A DNA stretch of 64,000 nt from Candidatus Dadabacteria bacterium (GTDB lineage: Bacteria > Desulfobacterota_D > UBA1144 > Nemesobacterales > CSP1-2): the NCBI GenBank assembly GCA_040289575.1, contig PSLL01000006.1, positions 30,405 to 94,404 of the forward strand. Reading direction: 5' to 3'. Within the stretch, counting starts at the first letter, position 1. Each line of letters starts with the position of its first letter. Under the pieces are notes generated by a model. The model was not told the origin of the DNA, ran no database searches, and saw nothing but the letters and a program-made list of their open reading frames with translations. Positions 18,182 to 28,741 of the stretch are shown here, in pieces. The position numbers and the translations under genes are program-made.

Positions 18182-21100
18182 CTAACGGGAAGCGTATCTT
18201 TCCCTTGTCCTTCCGTTTAAACGAGACAACAAACGGGAGAGTGACAGACTCCCGACCCTTTTCTGGAATGCATCCATATATGTGTAAAAAACAGGGGTAA
18301 GATAAAGGGTAATTAGCTGTGAAAAGAGGAGACCTCCCACTACAGCAAGACCCAGTGGACGACGTCCTTCTCCTCCCGCGCCGAATCCGATTGCAATGGG
18401 CAAGGCCCGCCATTGTCGTCATCATAATGGGGCGAAAACGTATAACGCAACCTTGGTATATTGCCTCCAATGTACTTTTGCCTTCTTTCCTCTCAGCTTC
18501 CAGAGCAAAGTCAATCTGCATAATGGCATTCTTCTTGACAATCCCTATAAGCATAATAAGACCCACAAAGCCATAAAGATTCAGTTCAACATGAAAAACG
18601 AGAAGGGTAAGTAGCGCCCCAAAAACCGCAGAAGGAAGCCCAGATAGTATGGTCAGCGGATGAATAAAGCTCTCGTAAAGGATACCCAACACCATATAAA
18701 TGACCAGTATGGCAAAGAGGAGAAGAAGCCCCAGACCCTTCAGCGATGATTGAAATGCCTGAGCCGTACCCTGAAAACTAGTATTAATGGTATTGGGCAA
18801 TGTCTCCCGCGCGAGATTGTTGACCTTTGCTACAGCTTCACCCAGAGAAACCCCCGGTTTTAGATTGAATGAAATCGTAACAGCGGGAAACTGACCGAGG
18901 TGGTTAATTGTTAGAGGCCCCACGTTCTCATTCAATGTCGCCACGGCATCTAATGGAACTAGGTGGTTATCCGATGACCTTATATATAACCTAGACAGGG
19001 TATCCGGGTCCATCTGGTATTGGGGTTCCAACTCCATAATGACCTTATATTGGTTGGTAGGGGCGTATATAGTTGAGACCCAGCGGTCTCCATAGGCGCT
19101 AAAGAGCGCGTCCTCAATCTGCTCCGCAGTAACCCCGTAGGTTGAGGCCTTATCCCTATGAATTACAACATTTACCTGGGGATTTTTAATCTGAAGGTCG
19201 CTTGTGACATCCTGCAACTCAGGCAGAGCACGCATCTTGGCTTCCAGAATCGGGACATAATGGTAAAGCTCGTCTGTATCCGGACCCTGTAATGTAAATT
19301 GGTAGAGGCTCTTTGTCAGTTGACCCCCAACCCGAATCACAGGGGGGTTTTGCATGAATACATTTATACCGGGAACCTTAGACAGCTTCGGACGCAATTC
19401 CTCAATCACCTGCTCTACACTTTTGTGACGCTCTGAGCGTGGTATTAAATGGAAAAACATGACGCCCTGATTCGAACTGGTAGCAATACTGGATGTGCCG
19501 ACACTTGAATAGAATTCCACTACATTTGGATCCTTTTGAACAATATCGGCCACAGCTTGCTGAAGCCTGACCATCTTGTCGAAAGAGGTTCCTTGGGGTG
19601 CTTCGGTAATGGCGAAAATCACACTCCGATCCTCATCCGGAATAAACCCCTTGGGGGTCATACCAAATAGGTACCATGTAATTACAAGTATAATTCCAGA
19701 GACCACGAGTGTAGCCAGACGGTGCCTTAGGACACGCTTGAGGCTCCACTCATAGCCTTTAAGCATACGATCGAAGAAACGCTCCGTGACATTATAAAAA
19801 CGGCCGCGCTCTCCCTCTGACGGTGGGCGAAGGAAACGGCTGCAAAGCATAGGTGTGAGGCTCAGTGAAACAAAACCAGAGATTAAAATAGACACACATA
19901 TTGTTACTGCAAATTCACGGAATAATCTCCCGACAACGCCTCCCATAAAAAGCACTGGAATAAATACCGCGGCAAGCGAAAGCGTCATAGAGAGAATTGT
20001 AAAACTGATCTCTCTAGACCCATCGAGTGCCGCCTGAAACGGCTTTTTCCCCATCTCCATGTGGCGGACAATATTCTCAAGCATGACAATGGCATCGTCT
20101 ACCACAAATCCTATTGCAAGGATCAAAGCCATCAGTGAAAAATTATCCATACTGTATCCCATCAGATATATCACCGCGAATGTACCCATGACGGATAATG
20201 GCAAAGCCAGGCTTGGAATCACAGTGGCAGAGATGTTGCGTAGGAAAAGAAATATCACTGCAACAACCAAGATAAGAGTCAGAACCATTGTGAATTTGAC
20301 ATCATTAATCGAATTAAGGATGAATTGAGAGCGGTCATAGAGGATATGCAATTCAACCGAGGGCGGAATATAGGGTTTCAGTGTAGAGAGGAGTTCTTTG
20401 ACAGAATTTGCCACCTCAACCGTATTGGTTCCCGGCTGACGTTGAATCGCAATAACTATTGCCCTCTGACTCCCCTCTTTATTTACATACCAGGCAGCCG
20501 CCTTGTCTGTCTCAACGCTGTCAATGACCTGCCCCAATTCTTCAAGGCGCACAGGAGAACCGTTACGGTATGTAACTATAATTGGGCGATATGAGGCGGC
20601 TTTATAGAGTTGTCCGGTAGCCAGAATGGTAAACTCCCTGTCTGTTCCATAAAGGGTTCCAGTTGGCAAGTTCACGTTTGCACTATTTAGCGCCTGCTCT
20701 ACTTCATTTATTCCTATTCCCTTGCTAGCGAGTATATTTGGATCAAGCTGGACTCGGACTGCGTATTTCTGAGGCCCGAAAATCTGGACCTGTGCCACAT
20801 TCTTAACCATAGATATACGCTCCCCTATTACGGTCTCCGCATAGTCATCCACCTGCCAGAGAGGAAGTGTCCGCGAGCTTATAGCAATATACAGAATAGG
20901 TTGGTCAGCAGGATTTACCTTTCGGTACGTAGGAGGCTGGGGCATATTCTGGGGAAGAAATGGCGTTGCCTGAACGATTGCCGTCTGCACATCCTGAGCG
21001 GCGGCATCGATGTTACGGCTGAGATCAAACTGGAGTGTAATCTGAGTGGAACCTAAGGCGTTAGTAGAGGTCATGGAACTGAGACCGGCAATAGTGGAAA

Positions 21101-21317
21101 ACTGCCTCTCAAGAGGCGTAGCGACAGAAGAAGCCATTGTTTCGGGGCTTGCACCGGGGAGGCTTGCCGTTACAAGGAGTGTAGGAAAATCAACATTTGG
21201 AAGATCGCTCACAGGCAGGAGCTTATACCCCATGATTCCAAAAAGGAGGATCCCCAACGTAAGAAGGGTTGTCATAACAAATCGGCGGATAAAGATCTCT
21301 GATAAATTCATAGACAC
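18182..21317 (-). pseudogene. RND efflux permease (MdtB/MdtC/MuxB-like), frameshifted near the C-terminus
   Basis: LPVSDLPNVDFPT, GFVVDDAIVMLENI, GIVKKNAIM, RFRPIMMTTMA. A deletion at about 18406 moves the true tail (LPIAIGFGAGGEGRRPLGLAVVGGLLFSQLITLYLTPVFY, stop 18182) into another frame. Confidence 0.88.
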
Positions 21318-21589
21318 ATTCCTTCAATAAATTGATCTTAAATTCTATATAAACCCGAATGCCTCTGGTGCATTTCATATTAAAGTTGCATAGTAGAAAG
21401 GTTATGACCTTAATTAGCGATTCAAATTGGGCTTATGTGTAGTGGCAGTTTCACATCTACCCTCTATTATAGCGCGCAAATACAGGATTCGCTCTAAGCA
21501 TATTTATCCAGTTAAATTTTCAGAAGCTATCGGTTCTTAACTCTACGACCTTTCCCGGGCCTTAAACCCTCTAAAAATCCCTCTACAGT

Positions 21590-22828
21590 TTAGTATCGTA
21601 TCTCTGATGATCCAGAACCATCATCCTGAGCCTTTTGAGTTCCACCTTCCGTTGCCCCACCTTTGATCTCCACTTTAACTCCCGGGGCAAGCCTAAGCTG
21701 GCCCTCGGTTACCACCCTTTCCCCCGGCTGAAGCCCATTTGCAATGACGACCTCCCGACCAAGGTCATTCCCTAGAATGATAGGGCGAGACTCAACTGTA
21801 AGGTCGGGCTTAACAACAAAGACATAATTACCTTGCTGTCCTGTTTGGACCGCGGTAGATGGAACCACTACTGCATTTGGTTGTCTAGTTAAAGTCAACA
21901 CCACATTGACAAACTGGCCTGGCCAAAGGGCCTCGTTTTCATTGGGGAAAAGCCCCTTGAGAAGTATAGTTCCTGTATTGGTATCTACCTGATTATTTAC
22001 AAATGTCAGTTCTCCGACGGCCGGATGCTCTCTGTCGCTAGGAATGATCGCCTCGACTTTTAACCTCTCCTCAGCCATATATCTCCTTATCCTTGGCAAC
22101 TCCTGCTCTGGAACAGAGAAATCCACATATATCGGCTTAATCTGGTTGATAACCGCCAGAACCGTGTCGTTATCCTTGACCATATTGCCCTGATTAACCA
22201 TGAGTTTTCCGATTCGCCCATCTATAGGGGAATAAATATAGCAGTACCCGAGTTGAACCTTAGCATTCTCTACAGCAGCCTCATCCGCTTTAACCGTTGC
22301 TCTCATGGCTTCAAAATTCGTACGATTCTGGTCATAGTCCTGTTGAGAAACTATACCCCTCTTGAATAAGTCTGTATAACGACGGGCGTCTGCTTCGGCC
22401 TTTTTCATCTGAGCTATGTCTTTTGCCAAGTTGGCCTCAGTCTGGCTGAGGGCCGCTTTAAATGGACGGGGGTCAATCAAAAATATAAGCTCGCCCTTTT
22501 TTACCTCCTGACCCTCTTTAAAGTTGACCTCTACTAGCTGGCCTACAACCCGGGATTTAACCGATACAGTGGAATAGGCCTCCACGCTACCGATAGCGTG
22601 TATTTGCACGGGAATGTCCTTTTGAACTACCGTAGCGACTGTCACCGGTACAGCCTCGTTCATTCCGGCTTGACCCGGTTTCCCAGAGGGCCGATCGTGT
22701 CTACTAGAGCAAGACAAAAATAAAAATGATACAGCCATAAATAAACCGACACCCAAATGGAGAATCAAAGGACGCGATAAAGGGCACCGTATTCCTCGAT
22801 CAATGATGAATTTCCCTGCTCCTATCAT
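21590..22828 (-). CDS. RND efflux periplasmic adaptor (MdtA/MuxA-like membrane fusion protein)
   Basis: VPVTVATV, FKEGQEVKKG..IDPRPF, IYSPIDGRIG, VDTNTGTILLK, LWPGQFVNV. The true start may lie further downstream. Confidence 0.93.
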   Translation of the reverse strand: MIGAGKFIIDRGIRCPLSRPLILHLGVGLFMAVSFLFLSCSSRHDRPSGKPGQAGMNEAVPVTVATVVQKDIPVQIHAIGSVEAYSTVSVKSRVVGQLVEVNFKEGQEVKKGELIFLIDPRPFKAALSQTEANLAKDIAQMKKAEADARRYTDLFKRGIVSQQDYDQNRTNFEAMRATVKADEAAVENAKVQLGYCYIYSPIDGRIGKLMVNQGNMVKDNDTVLAVINQIKPIYVDFSVPEQELPRIRRYMAEERLKVEAIIPSDREHPAVGELTFVNNQVDTNTGTILLKGLFPNENEALWPGQFVNVVLTLTRQPNAVVVPSTAVQTGQQGNYVFVVKPDLTVESRPIILGNDLGREVVIANGLQPGERVVTEGQLRLAPGVKVEIKGGATEGGTQKAQDDGSGSSEIRY

Positions 22829-22848
22829 GATATAGCGACTCTTTAGCT

Positions 22849-23457
22849 CTAATTTTTTATCCCTTCGAGAAAGATCTTTACAAAAGTCTCAACTACATCC
22901 TCCTTTTTGATCCTCTTCTTTTTCTTTTCACCGAAGAGTTCTTTGACGATTATATAATTTGTCAACATTCCCATAAATGCCCGCGCTGCAAGAAAGGGAT
23001 TTATATTCTTAAAAGCCCCGTCCGATATTCGCTCTTCAATATAGTCGGAAAGGACCGTCCTTAGATGCTGAACGTATGTATCAAAGAACATATCCGACAA
23101 TTCGTGCCCCTCAAGCGCACTGAAATGGAGCAATCTCAAAAAGCTCGGGTCCTTCTCCACACATTCAAACATCCTTATGCCAAGTGACCTAAAGATCAGC
23201 GAATCGTCTTTGGTTTCTTTAAACGTCTCAAGCGGCAATTCAATCTTCGGGTCTTCTTGAATCTTTTTCTCAATAATCGCACCGTAGAGGTCTCTTTTCG
23301 TAGAAAAGTATCGGAATATCAGAGCCTCGTTCACACCCGCTTTCTCCGCAATCTCTTTTGTAGTAGTGCCGTTGAATCCCTTTTCGGCAAAAAGCCCAAT
23401 TGCGGCCTCCAGTATTTTATCCCGTGTCTTACTGACCCTTACCTGCTCAATTGACAT
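22849..23457 (-). CDS. TetR/AcrR family transcriptional regulator
   Basis: HTH: ILEAAIGLFAEKGFNGTTTKEIAEKAGVNEALIFRYFSTKRDLY. I chose the ATG at 23457 over the TTG at 23466. Confidence 0.94.
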   Translation of the reverse strand: MSIEQVRVSKTRDKILEAAIGLFAEKGFNGTTTKEIAEKAGVNEALIFRYFSTKRDLYGAIIEKKIQEDPKIELPLETFKETKDDSLIFRSLGIRMFECVEKDPSFLRLLHFSALEGHELSDMFFDTYVQHLRTVLSDYIEERISDGAFKNINPFLAARAFMGMLTNYIIVKELFGEKKKKRIKKEDVVETFVKIFLEGIKN

Positions 23458-23480
23458 TCTCAACAATCTCTGTAATATAT

Positions 23481-23526
23481 TAAGTAATTACTTACTTACT
23501 TTACCACACTCTATCTAGGATGTCAA
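23481..23526 (-). promoter_or_regulatory. tetR-operon promoter with an adjacent palindromic operator
   Basis: TTGACA (23526-23521), 17 nt spacer, TG-n-TAAAGT (23503-23498). A perfect 14-bp palindrome TAAGTAATTACTTA at 23481-23494 covers the predicted transcription start. Confidence 0.65.
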
Positions 23527-23708
23527 AAAAGGAAAGATATATAAGGAGGACATTCAATGTGAGAGACATCTGATATGCAGATAAAGAAAGACCGACCCCG
23601 GATATGGTAGATTGCTTAGATTTATATATAAAGGTTAAATATCAATAACCGAAAGACTAATAGGCCCCGGTTTTTCTAATAAATTTATCTCTAACAGAGG
23701 ATAGACAG

Positions 23709-25223
23709 ATGAACGGAATCATATTTCTAGTATTTCTTTCCCTAGTAGGAGCCGACCAAACCCTCAATCTCTCCCTTCACGACGCAATTAGAATAGCCCT
23801 AGAAAACAACAGAAATATACAGATACAGAGAAAAAGCGTAGAAATATCACAGGGAAATATACTGACCCAAAAGGGCATATTTGATCCGCTCTTAAATCTC
23901 AGTTCGTCCTTTACAGATTCTAAGACCCCCACGACAAGCGCTTTTGTCTCAAGCGGTGCCATCGATAGCAAGGAATTTACCGCTGGAAGCAGTATAACAG
24001 GAAACCTTCCGACGGGTACGTTCTATAACATCCTTAATTTTTCCCTGACACGAACAACGACAAACAACCCAATTGTGTCTTTAAGCCCAAGCTGGGTTAC
24101 AAATCTAGGCTTTGGCGTCGGTCAGAATCTCCTTAAGAACTTCGGGCTTGATGTGAACTTAACCCCTATAATTGTAGCGAAAAAGTCGAGTGAGGTTTCG
24201 GAGAAACAGCTTGAGCAAACAATCTCCGATACCCTTCTAAGTGTTGAAACGGCATATTGGAATGCAGTGGCTGCAAAAAAGAATCTCGAGGTTGCAAGGG
24301 CTGAGCTTGAGGTTTCAAAAACCCTCCGGAGTCAAAACGAGATTCAGGTAGAGGTAGGAACGCTTGCTCCCGTTGCTGTTACTCAGGCCAAGGCGCAGGT
24401 TGCATCAGACGAGGTAAATCTAATTACGGCTGAGAACAACCTTAAAGCCGCCGAGGATAGCCTCAAGAACATACTCACAATCCCCCTTACAGAGGAGATT
24501 GCCCTAACCGATGAGCCGACAACCGTTTTTAAATCATTTAATGAAGGCGATGTGCTTAAAGAAGCATTAGAAAAAAGACCTGAGATAGCACAGGCAAAGC
24601 TCAATATAGAAAGCAATGAAATACAAAAGAAGTTTGCTTCAAATCAGAGGCTTCCCAACCTATCCGTTCAGGGTATAGTGACACTTCAAGGTCTAGGCGG
24701 CAGTGAAAATCCGAATATTCTAGTATTTGGGGGAGGAAAACCACCCTCAATCCCGGAGCAATTCAATGAACCTATAGATGCTTTTACAAATCTGTTCGAA
24801 GGGAGATTCCCGGTGTGGGAGGTTTTAGGGGTTTTTAGCTTTCCCCTTTTTAACCGAACCGCCAGAGGGAATTATGTACAAGCCTCTGCAAGCCTCGATA
24901 GAAGTATTATTACACTTAAGCAGACTGAAGAAAGCGTTGCGCTTGATGTAAGGAATGCCATTAGACAGGTTCAAAATAGCTTGAGGAGTATAGAATCGGC
25001 AAAGGTCGCGGTTCAGCTTAATGAAGAGCTACTGAGGCAGCAAAATGAGAGACTTAAGGTAGGTGTCGGGACAACACTGGATGTGATACAAGCCCAAAGA
25101 GATCTTGTAAATGCAAAAACCCAAGAAATACAGGCTATTGTCAATTATAATATTGCCCTTGCACAGGTCGAACATGCAAGGGGAACAATTCTACAAGCGA
25201 GGGGCGTTCAGATAAAGGAGTAG
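23709..25223 (+). CDS. TolC family outer membrane efflux protein
   Basis: 504 aa with a signal peptide, LSLHDAIRIALENN, ALEKRPEI, and VGVGTTLDVIQAQRDL. Divergent from the RND operon. Confidence 0.92.
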   Translation: MNGIIFLVFLSLVGADQTLNLSLHDAIRIALENNRNIQIQRKSVEISQGNILTQKGIFDPLLNLSSSFTDSKTPTTSAFVSSGAIDSKEFTAGSSITGNLPTGTFYNILNFSLTRTTTNNPIVSLSPSWVTNLGFGVGQNLLKNFGLDVNLTPIIVAKKSSEVSEKQLEQTISDTLLSVETAYWNAVAAKKNLEVARAELEVSKTLRSQNEIQVEVGTLAPVAVTQAKAQVASDEVNLITAENNLKAAEDSLKNILTIPLTEEIALTDEPTTVFKSFNEGDVLKEALEKRPEIAQAKLNIESNEIQKKFASNQRLPNLSVQGIVTLQGLGGSENPNILVFGGGKPPSIPEQFNEPIDAFTNLFEGRFPVWEVLGVFSFPLFNRTARGNYVQASASLDRSIITLKQTEESVALDVRNAIRQVQNSLRSIESAKVAVQLNEELLRQQNERLKVGVGTTLDVIQAQRDLVNAKTQEIQAIVNYNIALAQVEHARGTILQARGVQIKE

Positions 25224-25229
25224 TGCCAA

Positions 25230-25550
25230 ATGAGCGAACGCCCTTGTCCTCTAATTGATTTTAAACACGTCTCTGTTAGTCGTGGAAACAGAACCGTTCT
25301 ACACGATATAAGTCTCAAGATTTAAACAGGCAAGCACGTCGCCATCTTAGGACCAAACGGCTGCGGCAAAACCACGTTGATTAAAACCATTATGCGTGAG
25401 TGTTACCCAATAGTAAAGGACGGCTCATCTCTAACCATCCTAGGTCAGGAGCAGTGGAATATATTTGAGCTAAGATCAACGCTGGGTATTGGGTCTAATG
25501 ACCTGATGATTGACTACATCGGTGAATTCAGCGGGAGGGAGGTCGTTATT
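25230..25550 (+). pseudogene. Truncated ABC ATP-binding protein remnant (ModF/YlmA-like)
   Basis: MSERPCPLIDFKHVSVSRGNRTVLHDISLKI*(TAA 25323-25325)TGKHVAILGPNGCGKTTLIKTI.... Similarity ends near SGREVVI, and there is no signature motif or Walker B. Confidence 0.8.
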
Positions 25551-25635
25551 AAAGAAGCTTGCGTAATATATGTCGAAATCAGTTTAAGTCATACTGTCTA
25601 TTTTGAAAATAAATATAATAAGGAGGTAGAAATTA

Positions 25636-26397
25636 ATGAGACTCAATGGAAAGACAGCTATAATTACTGGAGGAGGAGAGGGTATTGGTAGGGCCACTGC
25701 CCTTCTTTTCTGTAAAGAAGGGGCAAAGGTTGGAATTACAGGAAGAAACAAAGAAAAACTCGACAAGGTTGTAAGGGAGGCTAAGGGAAATGGCGAGATC
25801 GTTGCCTTTCCGGGAGATGTATCTAAAGAAGAGGATGTGAAGAGAACGGTAGATGAATTTATTAAGAGGTTTAATAAGATTGATATACTGTTTAATAATG
25901 CCGGTGTCCTTGAGGTTGGAACCGTAGTTACAACCTCCGTTGAGGCATGGGATAAGATAATAGACATTAATGTAAAAGGCACTTTTCTTATGAGTAAGTA
26001 TGTAATTCCCCACATGATAAAGAATGGAGGTGGCTCCATAATCAATAACTCCTCGGTTCTTGGATTCATTGGCTCTCCAAACTGCGTTGCATATAACACA
26101 ACAAAAGGAGCGATAATGCAGTTTACAAGGAGCCTCGCCCTAGACCACGCAAAGCAGGGAATTCGTGTAAATACGATCTGCCCTGGATTTATAAAGACGA
26201 AGATGAATGAGGACTTCATTGGCAATCCCCCGGATGCACAGGAAAAGCTAGACCAGATAGCCGCACAGATTGTCCCTATGGGCTATAGAGGAGAGCCTGA
26301 CGATATAGCATATGCCCTCGTTTATCTGTCAAGCGATGAGGCTAAGTATGTTACAGGCGCCCACGTCGTAGTAGATGGCGGTTGGACGGCCTATTAA
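25636..26397 (+). CDS. Short-chain dehydrogenase/reductase (SDR)
   Basis: TGGGEGIG, NNAG, catalytic YNTTK, VDGG. RBS AAGGAGGT. Confidence 0.95.
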   Translation: MRLNGKTAIITGGGEGIGRATALLFCKEGAKVGITGRNKEKLDKVVREAKGNGEIVAFPGDVSKEEDVKRTVDEFIKRFNKIDILFNNAGVLEVGTVVTTSVEAWDKIIDINVKGTFLMSKYVIPHMIKNGGGSIINNSSVLGFIGSPNCVAYNTTKGAIMQFTRSLALDHAKQGIRVNTICPGFIKTKMNEDFIGNPPDAQEKLDQIAAQIVPMGYRGEPDDIAYALVYLSSDEAKYVTGAHVVVDGGWTAY

Positions 26398-26405
26398 AAA
26401 GATAT

Positions 26406-26432
26406 TAGGGGCGACCAATCGGTCGCCCCTAC
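26406..26432. repeat. GTAG-type REP palindrome
   Basis: TAGGGGCGACC-AATC-GGTCGCCCCTAC, just after the SDR stop. Confidence 0.75.
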
Positions 26433-26619
26433 CCGAAATTAAAACATTTCCCCTCATTATGTGGTGAGTTATTGGTTTAACCCCCGGCTAATTCATAGAG
26501 GGTGTCCCTACCCTTTTGACTCATTGTAGACCAGATTGGAAATAAGTAGTATGCAAGGGTAATCTAAAATGATTATCGTGGATTTGATAGGTTGATCAAA
26601 TTCAAGGGGTTTTATTGAA

Positions 26620-27522
26620 ATGGCATTAAACATCGCCTTACTGGTCTTCTTGGTTGTAACATGGGGATACTCATGGGTTTTGATGAAAATCGGATTGGGA
26701 TTCATGGGTCCCTTTACGCTTGCAACGTGGCGATGTGCGGTCGGAAGTTTAGTTATGTTTCCGCTTCTCAAAGGGATTCCCTGGCCAAAGAGGGAAAAAT
26801 GGCCGTATTATGTCGTGGTGGGACTCACTCAAACAACAGGGATGTTTGGGCTTATGCTCCACGGAATGAAGTTTGTCACAGCGGGAAAGACATCGGTTCT
26901 TCTCTACACTATGCCTATGTGGACGAGCCTTGTTGCCCATTTCTATCTCAAGGAAAAGCTCAGTGCCACACGGTGGTTCGGGGTTATAAGCGGCGGTATA
27001 GGAATCCTCTGCATTCTCGGATGGGATACTCTAGTAAACCAGAGTGCCCAGATTCTATTTGGAGAGTTCCTGGTTATCACGGGAGCGGTTTCATGGGCTA
27101 TTGCAAATATAATAATCAAAAAACAATTGCCCAACGAGAACGCATATATGGTAAACGGCATGCAGATGCCTATAGGAACTTTGGGTCTTGCACTCCTGGC
27201 GCTCCCAGTTGAGGGGCTATGGCACATCAAATGGACCTGGGTATCCATTGGTGTCATCCTATTTACAGGTGTAATTGCCTCTACAATAAACTTTACAATC
27301 TGGTTTTATCTTCTAAAAAAGCTAGATACACATACCGCCACCTCCGCAACAATGCTTGTACCTGTGTTTGGGCTTCTGTTTGATTGGATACAATTGGGCA
27401 AGACACTAGATACAGGCGTTATCATTGGCGGTGTATTCATATTAGCAGGAATCTATCAGGTGTCTAAACGCCAAAAATCGGATAAAGAGTATGGCAGACG
27501 TAAGGAAGCGGCTTCTCAATAA
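26620..27522 (+). CDS. EamA/DMT family transporter
   Basis: 300 aa with about 10 TM segments. WGYSW..MK, GPFTLATWR, LYTMPMW, LKEKL, LVPVFGLL. Confidence 0.92.
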   Translation: MALNIALLVFLVVTWGYSWVLMKIGLGFMGPFTLATWRCAVGSLVMFPLLKGIPWPKREKWPYYVVVGLTQTTGMFGLMLHGMKFVTAGKTSVLLYTMPMWTSLVAHFYLKEKLSATRWFGVISGGIGILCILGWDTLVNQSAQILFGEFLVITGAVSWAIANIIIKKQLPNENAYMVNGMQMPIGTLGLALLALPVEGLWHIKWTWVSIGVILFTGVIASTINFTIWFYLLKKLDTHTATSATMLVPVFGLLFDWIQLGKTLDTGVIIGGVFILAGIYQVSKRQKSDKEYGRRKEAASQ

Positions 27523-28354
27523 CATAGAAGGCGAGTTTTTTGTAGACTCGGCATGCATCAATTGCGATACATGCCGCCAGATTGCCCCCGAAACATTTGA
27601 AGATGCAGGGGATTACTCGTTTGTCTATTCTCAGCCCAAGACCAAAGGGGAAAGACGGAAGGCGATGAGGGCGCTTCTGTCATATCCCACAGGCTCAATA
27701 GGAACACTGCATAAGAATAATGCCAGGGAAGTCATGGAAGATTTTCCTCTCCATATAGGGGACGAGGTGTATTACTGCGGATTCAATTCTCCAAAGTCTT
27801 ATGGCGGAAACTCATATTTCGTACGTCACACCGAAGGGAATTGGTTCATAGACTCGCCGAAATACATAGGTCATTTGGTAAAGAGGCTCAATGAGGTAGG
27901 CAGAATTAAGTACATATTTCTAACACACAGGGATAATGTGGCAGATGCAAAGAAATATGCCGAAGAATTCGGAAGCCCAAGAATCATACACCGGGCTGAG
28001 CTATCGGCTCAGCCAGACGCAGAGATAATAATTGACGGTAATGAGCCAGTGCAAATTTCCCCCGATTTTCTGGTCATACCTACGCCCGGACATACCCGCG
28101 GCCACTGTGTGCTGCTCTATAAAAACCGTTTCCTGTTCACAGGCGATCACTTATGGTGGAGTAGAGACGATAAGCAACTTTCCGCATCCGAAGATGTGTG
28201 CTGGTATTCATGGCCTGAGCAGATAAGGTCGATAGAGAGGCTTCGGGACTTCACATTTGAATGGGTGCTTCCGGGTCACGGTCAGAGGGTGAAACTCCCC
28301 TTCAATTAGATGCGGAAAGAACTGACAATACTGATTAAAAGAAGTAAAGGGTGA
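27491..28354 (+). CDS. Ferredoxin-fused metallo-beta-lactamase fold protein, apparently degenerating
   Basis: N-terminal CINCDTC, THRD, TPGHTRGH, FTGDH, VLPGHG. TAG at 28307-28309 is followed by an in-frame MRKELTILIKRSKG* tail. YPTGSIG stands where CPTxSIG is expected. Confidence 0.85.
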
Positions 28355-28366
28355 GGAGTTAGGAAA

Positions 28367-28711
28367 TCAATCTTGAGGAAATCGCTGAGAGCGTATAAGA
28401 CCGGAGAGCATTTTATCAATCTTTATAGTATCAATATCTTTCCAAGTTTTTCCCTCAATATATTTCAACCGCTTTGCTAAATCTATCTGAGTATCCAATT
28501 CACTAAGGGAACCCTAAGATATGTTAAGGAAATTGATGAATTCTTTTTTGGTATTTCTTGCGGCTCCTTCTGCAATATTGCTCGGTATACTAATTGCTGC
28601 TCTACGAATTTGGTCAACTAAAGAAAATTTCTCTTCTTTAGGAAATTTATCAGTTAACTTATAAACCTCAGTTACTAAATCCATTGACAACATCGTCCTT
28701 TTACTCCTCAT
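28367..28711 (-). pseudogene. Four-helix bundle protein (23S rRNA intervening-sequence protein family), pseudogene
   Basis: YKLTDKFPKEEKFSLVDQIRRAAISIPSNIAEGAAR..KKEFINFLNIS*(TAG 28514-28516)GSLSELDTQ, then a frameshift before KMLSGLIRS. The N-terminal LxVW motif is absent. Confidence 0.88.
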
Positions 28712-28734
28712 CCCTTACTTCTTACCTTTCACCC
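28700..28734. repeat. Heptamer tandem repeat flanking the four-helix bundle gene
   Basis: TTTACTC CTCATCC CTTACTT CTTACCT TTCACCC. Inverted counterparts AAGTAAA GGGTGAG GAGTTAG lie at 28342-28362. Confidence 0.65.
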
Positions 28735-28741
28735 TTTGAAA

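Noticed and set aside
18072..18405. The 1081-aa RND ORF with a long novel C-terminal tail (HCNRIRRGRRR...)
   Set aside because: The tail is out-of-frame read-through after the deletion at ~18406. The real C-terminus is in ORF 18182-18403.
25377..25691. A 104-aa stand-alone hypothetical protein
   Set aside because: It is the post-stop part of the ABC ATPase remnant, running on into the SDR leader and start.
25584..26225. Long antisense ORFs (this 213-aa one, and others such as 7899-8360, 31759-32196 and 54106-54510)
   Set aside because: They are shadows of well-supported genes on the opposite strand and have no motifs or RBS of their own.
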